From positions 1-33,374 of IMG/VR virus record IMGVR_UViG_3300032088_000039: a stretch of 33,374 bases of DNA, one strand, 5' to 3'. The DNA is from a virus (Duplodnaviria > Caudoviricetes). A program made the position numbers and the translations under genes. Positions 10,894 through 18,255 of the stretch are shown in pieces (positions within the stretch are counted from its first letter, which is position 1; each line of letters begins with the position of its first letter). A model generated the notes under the pieces. The model was not told the origin of the DNA, did not search any database, and saw only the letters and a program-made list of their open reading frames with translations.

Positions 10894-11832
10894 ATGGCAA
10901 TCCGCAGACCTATGAAAATGGCAAATGGCAATTTGCGAGATATGACATCATTAGAAGTTGATGCTCTTATAGAAGAAGCTATTAGGCAATACGGAAATAA
11001 TCCTTCAAGATTATTATCGGTATCAAATTCTGGCGGAAATCTCGGTGCTATTACTGATACACGTTTGCAAGCTGGTGCGTACGCAACAGGCACGGCTAGT
11101 GCGCCGACCGAAGCAGGAACTCCTGATGTGTCTACTGTCAGTGTTGCATATGATAGGTTATCAGAAGTTTCTTCTGGTGCTGCGCCGACATTTAGCAATT
11201 CAGCATATTCATATCCTATTTACCGCTCAGGTGGTAATCTTGTTGCAATGTCCACGCAGGACTGGATGGATACTATTATTAATCCGGCTATTGAAAAACT
11301 TGTTCTTGGTACTATTTCTACGAGCCAGGCCGGGACATACTTCATATCTTCTAATGTGTCAGAAAGCGGATCTACACTGATATCTAACACACCGGTTTTT
11401 GTCGATACTCGTGCTGATGCAGCCGAATACACGGTAGACGGTATTGGTGAAGTGGGTGGCGAAGTTCAAGATCAACCAACAACAATTACAAGCTATTTTT
11501 TACACCAAATAAATCCAGCTACTTCAGTTGCATACACTCCACCTGTCATATATAGAGAGTCAGATAAAAACTTACAAGCTTATCCTAAAGCATCACTTGC
11601 TACAGCCTTGCAGAATACAATGCGCAATGTTACTGAAACCGTAACTAATTATAGACTACGTTACTCATTTACCAGTGGGACAAGTAGAGGTACTGGCATG
11701 GCTAATACGAAATTAGATGGATCAAGTTACAATACTAAGTTTGTAAGCGCTGATGATTATCGCGCTCAGGAATTTCCGGCCGGTGCGGTCACTACTTCGA
11801 CTACATACTTTTTAAAGATATTTAAAGAATAA
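10894..11832 (+). CDS. Hypothetical virion protein
   Basis: 312-aa ORF tightly packed in the late operon, Ser/Thr/Gly-rich, with a recurring GNL motif (NGNLRDM, GGNLGAI, GGNLVAM). Confidence 0.6.
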   Translation: MAIRRPMKMANGNLRDMTSLEVDALIEEAIRQYGNNPSRLLSVSNSGGNLGAITDTRLQAGAYATGTASAPTEAGTPDVSTVSVAYDRLSEVSSGAAPTFSNSAYSYPIYRSGGNLVAMSTQDWMDTIINPAIEKLVLGTISTSQAGTYFISSNVSESGSTLISNTPVFVDTRADAAEYTVDGIGEVGGEVQDQPTTITSYFLHQINPATSVAYTPPVIYRESDKNLQAYPKASLATALQNTMRNVTETVTNYRLRYSFTSGTSRGTGMANTKLDGSSYNTKFVSADDYRAQEFPAGAVTTSTTYFLKIFKE

Positions 11833-11846
11833 GGAAACTTTTTGTT

Positions 11847-13280
11847 ATGACACTGTTTGATGGCAAGATCATCACTGCGACTTACACAAGTAATGTGTAC
11901 GACGTAATCGAAATCCTATATTATGGCGAAGGCGGAGCGACGTCTTACATAATCGAAAACAATCCCTTACATCCTGATTTTAAAACCTTAGTCGAAAATG
12001 GCTGGGATGCTGACGCTATTCAAAAAGCTACTGAAGATAAAAAAAGAAAAGAGGCAAAGGCATTTAACGAAATGCTTGAACCACACATCCAGGCTCGTAT
12101 TGCTGAGCGTATTGGCTTGATCGATAAAGAATTAAAAAATAAACATATTCAATCTCAAGAGGAAATACAAAACCTAAGGCTGCAGCAAAAATCTGTAGAA
12201 ATTGAGCAGCGGTTTGCTGAGTTGCGCGAGCGTGAAGCCGAGATTCATAGGATTGCTGATGAGCGCCATGAGGAGCTGACACAGCGCGAAGCCGATATGC
12301 AGTTGTCTGCTGAAGAGCGTTTAGAAGAATTTAATAAGCGTGAAATGCAGATCAATAGCGAATATGCGAAGATCGATAGCAGTTATAAAGACCTCGATAG
12401 CAGTTATAAGGACCTCGATACCAGTTATAAAAACCTCGATAAAGATTATGAGAAACTCGATAAAGATTATGAGAAAATTGAAGCGGCGCACAAGGATCTT
12501 GACAACGCGCACAAGGATCTTGACAATAGGCAAACTGAATTACAAATGACGTCTGAAGAGCGTTTAGAAGAATTTAATAAACGTGAAGCTGAGATTCATA
12601 GGATTGCTGATGAGCGTCATGTAGAAGTTGCGCAACGTGAGAAAGATCTTGATCTAACGGCTGAAGAGCGTTTAGAAGAATTTAATAAGCGTGAAGCCGA
12701 GATTCATAGGATTGCTGATGAGCGTCATGTAGAAGTTTCACAACGTGAGAAAGATCTTGATCTAACGGCTGAAGAGAGATATGCCGCGTTTGAAGAGCGC
12801 GAAAAATTAATTCAATTAACTATAGAATCACGCCATGAAGAAATCGATATGCGTGAAGAAAGACATCGAGAAGAACAAGATAAGCGCATGGCTGAAATAA
12901 AAGATCATGAGCATCGTGTGTCGGCCGAGCTTGAACAGCGGTTAGAATTGCGCAGGAGTGAGATTGAAAGAGATGCTTTAGCAAAGGGCGCAAAGATCTT
13001 AGAGCAAAAACAAAAAATGGTTGGCAAGCTTGATAAATCCCTAGACGATCTGTCATTACAAAATTTGCAATTAGATAAGCAAATAAAACTGCAATTGTTT
13101 GATTACATTAGCGAACATGCCCAAGATAAAAACACGTTATTTGAATTTAAATTGTGGGCAATGGAAGACAATGATGTTAAATCAAGTCCGATCGAAGTAC
13201 GGAAAAAAATACGCAAATGTAATAACCTGTGGGTAGGTCTTAGCGCGCTTGCAGACGTGAAAACATCTAATGTATTATGA
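11847..13280 (+). CDS. Long coiled-coil protein with internal tandem repeats
   Basis: AAGGA SD upstream. E/R/K-rich 477-aa ORF with 36-aa and 7-aa repeats between small globular N- and C-terminal regions. Confidence 0.75.
   Translation: MTLFDGKIITATYTSNVYDVIEILYYGEGGATSYIIENNPLHPDFKTLVENGWDADAIQKATEDKKRKEAKAFNEMLEPHIQARIAERIGLIDKELKNKHIQSQEEIQNLRLQQKSVEIEQRFAELREREAEIHRIADERHEELTQREADMQLSAEERLEEFNKREMQINSEYAKIDSSYKDLDSSYKDLDTSYKNLDKDYEKLDKDYEKIEAAHKDLDNAHKDLDNRQTELQMTSEERLEEFNKREAEIHRIADERHVEVAQREKDLDLTAEERLEEFNKREAEIHRIADERHVEVSQREKDLDLTAEERYAAFEEREKLIQLTIESRHEEIDMREERHREEQDKRMAEIKDHEHRVSAELEQRLELRRSEIERDALAKGAKILEQKQKMVGKLDKSLDDLSLQNLQLDKQIKLQLFDYISEHAQDKNTLFEFKLWAMEDNDVKSSPIEVRKKIRKCNNLWVGLSALADVKTSNVL
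12371..12530 (+). repeat. In-frame 21-bp (heptad) tandem repeat
   Basis: ctcgatagcagttataa(a/g)gac-type units encode IDSSYKD LDSSYKD LDTSYKN LDKDYEK LDKDYEK IEAAHKD LDNAHKD LDN. Confidence 0.85.
12553..12776 (+). repeat. In-frame 108-bp tandem duplication (36 aa)
   Basis: ctgaagagcgtttagaagaatttaataa.. starts at 12553 and 12661, and ctgaagag recurs at 12769. A more diverged copy lies at about 12202-12344. Confidence 0.9.
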
Positions 13281-14388
13281 CTTTAGTAAGCCTTTTAATT
13301 TATTCTTAGACACTACTACGTTTTGCAATGTTTCATGTCCGCAGTGTCATAGAACAGACCCGAACGGTCTTGGCAAAATAGGTTGGTTGCCATTGGTGAG
13401 TTGGTCCTATAAAGACGTTCTAAAGATGCTGCCGCCAGAAGAATTAAAGCTAATTAATCGCACTAAGCTATGCGGTACATGGGGCGATCCTATGATGACC
13501 AAAGACATAGGAAAGATATTACCGTACTTATGCGATAATACAATTGGCGATGTGAGTGTAGATACTAACGGCTCATTAAGATCTGATGATTTTTGGTGGG
13601 AGCTTGGTATTGAATGTGGATCAAAGCTACGAGTGGTTTTTGATGTAGACGGCACTACCCAAGAGATGCATCATAAGTACAGGCAAAAATCAGATTTAGC
13701 GACAGTGTTATCTAATATGGAAACATTTGCTGCAGCAGGTGGAATAGCACAATCACAAACTATTGTGTTTAACCATAATCATCCGTACAAGCAGGACATT
13801 GCAAATTTATGTAAAGAGCATGGCTCACAGCACCACGAATTTGTAGTATCAGATAGATTTGAATCTGTTGATGCATCACGATCGTTATACGAAGTAACAC
13901 CGTTTAAATTTATTGATATAAACGGCAATGAGGATGAATTGATTCGTGCGCCGAGTAACAAGCAACCGCCGGCGTTCCAGGCTGTCAAAGGTAAAATGCG
14001 GCTTGAGAAACGCTCTGAAGAAATTGCATGTGAGTGGGGTATGAAACAAGAAGTTGTTATAAATCCTGATGGTCAAGTTTTTCCGTGTTGTTTTTTGGCA
14101 AACGGCATATATCCACACACATACGGCGAATTTAAAGACAGGAAAGCTGCAGCTGCAGTTTATGACGTATCAGATACAGGTGGAGTGTATCACCCGATTA
14201 TGCAAGAGTATATAGCACGGAAAGATGATTTTAATGTTAATCTCAGGCCGCTTAACGAGATATTGCACGATAAGTGGTATCAAATAACGTTGTTGGAATC
14301 TATTAAATCGGCAACTCCAATAAAACAATGTGTGTGGCACTGCAGCACTCAGGTGCGCAAGATTCATCAGGAAAGAACAGATGCCTAA
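13270..14388 (+). CDS. Radical SAM enzyme with C-terminal Twitch/SPASM-like Cys cluster
   Basis: CxxxCxxC motif (CNVSCPQC), GTWGDPMM, DTNGS, FDVDG, and a C-terminal C..VINPDGQVFPCC..CVWHC auxiliary-cluster pattern. Confidence 0.9.
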   Translation: MYYDFSKPFNLFLDTTTFCNVSCPQCHRTDPNGLGKIGWLPLVSWSYKDVLKMLPPEELKLINRTKLCGTWGDPMMTKDIGKILPYLCDNTIGDVSVDTNGSLRSDDFWWELGIECGSKLRVVFDVDGTTQEMHHKYRQKSDLATVLSNMETFAAAGGIAQSQTIVFNHNHPYKQDIANLCKEHGSQHHEFVVSDRFESVDASRSLYEVTPFKFIDINGNEDELIRAPSNKQPPAFQAVKGKMRLEKRSEEIACEWGMKQEVVINPDGQVFPCCFLANGIYPHTYGEFKDRKAAAAVYDVSDTGGVYHPIMQEYIARKDDFNVNLRPLNEILHDKWYQITLLESIKSATPIKQCVWHCSTQVRKIHQERTDA

Positions 14389-15001
14389 TATAATATTTGT
14401 TAAGCATGGTGAAAAATATACGGCTGCACACGTAAATAAAATATATAATCAGCTTCTTACATATTATCCTAGTGCAAAATATTATTGTTACACCGATGAT
14501 CCAGCCGGCATACAAGAGCATATACACATTATCAATATTTTAGACAGGCCTACTGTAAGAGGTGTTTGGAATAAGCTAGCACTATTCGCGCCTCATATGT
14601 CTATGCATGGTTATCCACTTAACGGCCGGTGCATTTTCTTTGATTTAGATATGGATGTTAAACACGATCCTTCTCAATTTTTAAATGTAAATCCAGGTTT
14701 AACGTTATGCAGCGATTACTGGAAACGAGATAATCCAAGATACCAGATTAAACATGCATATAATGTCACGGTCAATAGCTCTATTATGGCGTGGGTTGCC
14801 GGCGAACACGTTGACATATGGCAGAAATTTTTGACAAATACTGATTATTATATGCGTAAGTACAAGGGCATAGATAGATTCATAATACATGAGAATTTTA
14901 CGGTGAACACATTTAACGACGGCATTGTGTCTTCTGTTGCAAATCCGTATAGTGGTGGTGCTGCAATTGATATGTACAATGGAATAGAATATGTCGTATA
15001 A
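14381..15001 (+). CDS. Glycosyltransferase (GT-A fold, DxD)
   Basis: Likely start is ATG 14381 (MPNIIFVKHGEKY), overlapping the radical SAM stop, rather than 14330. Motifs KHGEKY, CYTDD, WNKLALF, IFFDLD, NSSIMAW and YKGIDRFI fit a small phage/bacterial GT family. Confidence 0.72.
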   Translation: MPNIIFVKHGEKYTAAHVNKIYNQLLTYYPSAKYYCYTDDPAGIQEHIHIINILDRPTVRGVWNKLALFAPHMSMHGYPLNGRCIFFDLDMDVKHDPSQFLNVNPGLTLCSDYWKRDNPRYQIKHAYNVTVNSSIMAWVAGEHVDIWQKFLTNTDYYMRKYKGIDRFIIHENFTVNTFNDGIVSSVANPYSGGAAIDMYNGIEYVV

Positions 15002-15656
15002 AGATAATCTATATAAGAACGCTTTACAGGCCGTCGAACAAATATACAAAAAATCTATGACTGATATGGATATTGATTTGTATCGTAGCCTTGATATAAT
15101 CCAGTCTGTTAGTGATAACCAAATAAAAAATAAAGAGTGGTGTGCCGATGCTATTGAACCATATTTAAAAGATATTGAATCTAAAAGAAGTAAAGTCCAT
15201 GTGTTGATAATGGGCAGTTGGTACGGGCTGTTAAGTCAAATTCTATTTCATCGCACAGCTGAACATGTCATTTTTGATAATTGTGATGTAGATCCTGAGT
15301 CAGAAGAAATAGGAAATAAGCTGTCCAGGTGTGTAGGCCATAATCAGCAGAAGCGCATTAGATTTCGAGGCGCAGAAGCATTTGAATATTTTGTAGAAGA
15401 TCCTAGCAAATACCACATGATTATTAATACAAGCTGCGAACACATGGATGCTGGTGATTTAGGTATGATACCATACATGAAGTCAGACGACACGATCATG
15501 TGCATGCAAGGCAATAATTATCACTCGGTAACAAGTCACATAAATACGCACAATAGCCTTGATGAGTTTACTGCTAGTCTGGGATTACGTGAAGTACTAT
15601 GGGCCGACACTTTAGAACAAGAAAAATATGATAGGTATATGGTGATAGGTAAATGA
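14991..15656 (+). CDS. Class I SAM-dependent methyltransferase
   Basis: VLIMGSWYG (motif I variant), CDVDP acidic motif II, IINTSCEHM, MQGNNY and RYMVIG. Overlaps both neighbours. Confidence 0.75.
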   Translation: MSYKDNLYKNALQAVEQIYKKSMTDMDIDLYRSLDIIQSVSDNQIKNKEWCADAIEPYLKDIESKRSKVHVLIMGSWYGLLSQILFHRTAEHVIFDNCDVDPESEEIGNKLSRCVGHNQQKRIRFRGAEAFEYFVEDPSKYHMIINTSCEHMDAGDLGMIPYMKSDDTIMCMQGNNYHSVTSHINTHNSLDEFTASLGLREVLWADTLEQEKYDRYMVIGK

Positions 15657-17371
15657 AAAGAGTAATTTATACACTATATCAAAACACCACAAAGAGTGGT
15701 GACATTGTAGCACCAGGCGATTGGGAAAACCACAATGAATATTTTGATAGGCTTTTGCAGTGTAAAAAAGATTATGCTAAAATATGTGGAGCTGATTTTA
15801 AATTTTATGAAAATACAGTTGAAGAGTGGGATACAAGCGAAGTTGTAGTAAGCAGCCAATTTGTAAAAATCAATTTATATAAATTACATCTATTTGAAGA
15901 GCTAGCAAAAGAATACGACGAAGTGTTATATCTTGATCTTGATGTTATCATCAATACCGAGGTTAATATATTTGATACATTTGATTTGAACAAGGGTTTA
16001 GTTTTTAGAATAAAAAACGATGAAATCGTGACAAAAGACATAAGCCAAACAATGAGCTTGCATGATGTTGGTATGCGCAACCCTACAGTAAAATATCATA
16101 TCACTAAAGAACTTCTTGGAAGCGATAGCGATCCTAATGTTATTAATACAGGAATTTTGCTTGGTGATAGCAAGCACATAGGCATGCTAAAATTTAGCGA
16201 GCGGCTTCCTGAAATATCGATGCGGATAGAGAAGGCCGTAGATTTTTATCACTATATTAAAATTGCATACACTCCAAACAACGAGGCTATTTTTTCTTAT
16301 CTTATTGAAGATCATAATATACCGTATCAGACTATTGGTCATGAGTGGCATGATATCCGCAATATGGAATTTGTGTACGAACCCTTTGGTAAATTTGTCC
16401 ATATGATAAACAAAAACTTTTATTTGTTTTATAAGGATAAAACACAAGTTATATTTTCAATTCATATGGATATACCTGATAATAAACTCGATCAACCTGG
16501 AAAGTATCCGGGCGATAATATCACAAAGGCTGTTCGCACTAAAAATGCTATGAATCAATATTATAACGCACTATATAAAAACAAGGCAGACTATGCTGCA
16601 GCTATTGGCGTAGATTTTTGTATGGTAGGTTATGACGAAGCATTTGAGAAATTTGCTGAACAATATCCATTGCTCACTATATACGACATTATAAACTTGT
16701 ATAAAATACATTTGCTTGATGTGTTTGCTGAGAAATACGATCAAGTATTATATCTTGATTTTGATGTTGTGTGCATGTCAAATGATAGTTTTTTCGACCA
16801 CAATAATTGTGACACTCATGTTTGTTGCATGTTTGATAACTTTAAAGAGCGCGCTGCAGATGAATTTAAAAAACGTAACATAGAAGATTGGTGCCACGAT
16901 CACCGATCACCGTTTACTAAATATTGGAACGCTCATGCGTTATCTATGGAATACGATGCAGAGCCAACTGATAGCGTGTTCAACACTGGCATAGTAGGAG
17001 CATCAAAGAAATCGTTGTCAAAACTCCGGTTTTTTGAAGACATGCCTGATATTATAGATACAATGACTGAGCTGAAACAAGATGACTCGATGTATCCAGG
17101 ACCTGTTGTTGAGCAATTTGGATATGATAACGAGACAATTTTTGGTTTTAAATCAGCTATGAACAGCACACCTATAGGATATCTAGGATCTCGATGGCAT
17201 GCAGTATCAAGGGCAAATCCACTATTATATTCTGCTGGTAGAAATGACGCTGACGTTGCTAGAGCTCAATCACAATTTGATGCGTTCATAAAAGATAAGA
17301 AACCTGTATTTGTTCACATGATTTCAAAGCAATTTGAGTTGGTGTTTAAGGATTCTACCCTCTCAACATAG
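15653..17371 (+). CDS. Tandem two-domain GT-A glycosyltransferase
   Basis: ATGA overlap with the methyltransferase. Two homologous halves: INLYKLHL..VLYLDLDV..INTGI..NEAIF..FVHMINKNF and INLYKIHL..VLYLDFDV..FNTGI..NETIF..FVHMISKQF (GT8/GT34-like DxD and NxG motifs). Confidence 0.8.
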   Translation: MKRVIYTLYQNTTKSGDIVAPGDWENHNEYFDRLLQCKKDYAKICGADFKFYENTVEEWDTSEVVVSSQFVKINLYKLHLFEELAKEYDEVLYLDLDVIINTEVNIFDTFDLNKGLVFRIKNDEIVTKDISQTMSLHDVGMRNPTVKYHITKELLGSDSDPNVINTGILLGDSKHIGMLKFSERLPEISMRIEKAVDFYHYIKIAYTPNNEAIFSYLIEDHNIPYQTIGHEWHDIRNMEFVYEPFGKFVHMINKNFYLFYKDKTQVIFSIHMDIPDNKLDQPGKYPGDNITKAVRTKNAMNQYYNALYKNKADYAAAIGVDFCMVGYDEAFEKFAEQYPLLTIYDIINLYKIHLLDVFAEKYDQVLYLDFDVVCMSNDSFFDHNNCDTHVCCMFDNFKERAADEFKKRNIEDWCHDHRSPFTKYWNAHALSMEYDAEPTDSVFNTGIVGASKKSLSKLRFFEDMPDIIDTMTELKQDDSMYPGPVVEQFGYDNETIFGFKSAMNSTPIGYLGSRWHAVSRANPLLYSAGRNDADVARAQSQFDAFIKDKKPVFVHMISKQFELVFKDSTLST

Positions 17372-17380
17372 TGACTCTTT

Positions 17381-17410
17381 ATTATAACACGATTAGTGAG
17401 GTTTGTAAAC
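17381..17410 (-). promoter_or_regulatory. sigma70 / T4-early-type promoter on the minus strand
   Basis: Reverse complement reads GTTTACA-aacctcactaatcgtgt-TATAAT: -35 TTTACA (17409-17404), 17-nt spacer, extended -10 TGn and perfect TATAAT (17386-17381). Confidence 0.75.
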
Positions 17411-17416
17411 AACAAA

Positions 17417-17833
17417 ATGAATATTAAAAAAACAATTTGGCTTATATTAGGTTTTGCCAGTCTGGCCATGGCATATATCGGAATTATCGTACCAGGTATT
17501 CCGTTTAGTATATTCCTTGTATTTGCGGCATATTGCTTTAGTAAGTCAAGTAAGCGCATGCACGATTGGATATACAACCACAAATATTTTGGACCCTTTC
17601 TTACAAACTGGGTAAACTATCGAGTATTTCCGACTAAAGGCAAATACGCAATGGTTATTGTTATGTCATCCAGTTTGCTGTTCTTATGGTTTACCACTGA
17701 GAACATTAAGGCCGTAGTGTGGTCCGGCGGTTTCATGGCGCTTGTCGCTATATGGGCATGGCGATATCCTGGAACCCTCAATGAATATGATAGGCGTGTT
17801 GAACAAGGTAAAAGAGTTGCCTGGTTCACATAA
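17417..17833 (+). CDS. ybaN: YbaN/DUF454 family inner-membrane protein
   Basis: LGFASLAMAYIGIIVPGIPFSIFLVFAAYCFSKSSKRMHDWIYNHKYFGPFLTNW matches the DUF454 signature (G..LP.LP..PF..LA..CF.RSS.R...WL..H..FGP....W). Hydrophobic helices present. ATG 17417 is preferred over GTG 17396. Confidence 0.85.
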   Translation: MNIKKTIWLILGFASLAMAYIGIIVPGIPFSIFLVFAAYCFSKSSKRMHDWIYNHKYFGPFLTNWVNYRVFPTKGKYAMVIVMSSSLLFLWFTTENIKAVVWSGGFMALVAIWAWRYPGTLNEYDRRVEQGKRVAWFT

Positions 17834-17851
17834 ATTAGAGTCTAAAACATA

Positions 17852-17859
17852 TATAAATA
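17852..17859 (+). promoter_or_regulatory. T4-type late promoter TATAAATA
   Basis: Exact motif in the intergenic gap upstream of the fibre gene block. Confidence 0.85.
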
Positions 17860-17895
17860 AGAACAAATAGACTTTATAAAAAGAGTATTTGTTCC

Positions 17896-18240
17896 ATGGC
17901 GCAATATGAAGAATTAAGTATAGACAAAGGTACCGATGTCACAGTACAGCTTGAGCTCGAAGATACAAGCGGTAATCCAAAAAATCTGACGAATTATACA
18001 GTTGCAGGCAAAGTAAAGCGCAACTATAATTCGTCGACGTCTACACCATTTACAGCCGAGATTAAAGCTCCTGCCACAGGCGGGGTAGTAAATCTCAGCC
18101 TAACAAATGCGCAAACAAATACATTTAAAGCCGGACGCTACGTATACGATGTTGAGATATCTTTTGTCGACAGTGATTCACAAACTGTTGTCGAACGAAT
18201 CCTTGAAGGTCAAATTGAAGTCACCCCGTCAGTGACATAA
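17896..18240 (+). CDS. Small fibre-associated virion protein (BppU-N-like beta sandwich)
   Basis: IDKGTD..NLTNYTVAGKVKRNYNS..GVVNLSLTNAQT..AGRYVYDVEI..RILEGQIEVTPSVT, a family commonly preceding fibre genes in marine T4-like phages. Confidence 0.7.
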   Translation: MAQYEELSIDKGTDVTVQLELEDTSGNPKNLTNYTVAGKVKRNYNSSTSTPFTAEIKAPATGGVVNLSLTNAQTNTFKAGRYVYDVEISFVDSDSQTVVERILEGQIEVTPSVT

Positions 18241-18255
18241 CTTTAAGGAAATAAC

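Noticed and set aside
12371-12776. Direct repeats as a possible CRISPR array
   Set aside because: Repeats are contiguous, in-frame multiples of 3 with no unique spacers, inside a coding region, and no cas genes are present.
14330-14380. ORF-track start at 14330 for the small glycosyltransferase
   Set aside because: ATG 14381 gives a family-typical N-terminus and an 8-nt overlap consistent with translational coupling.
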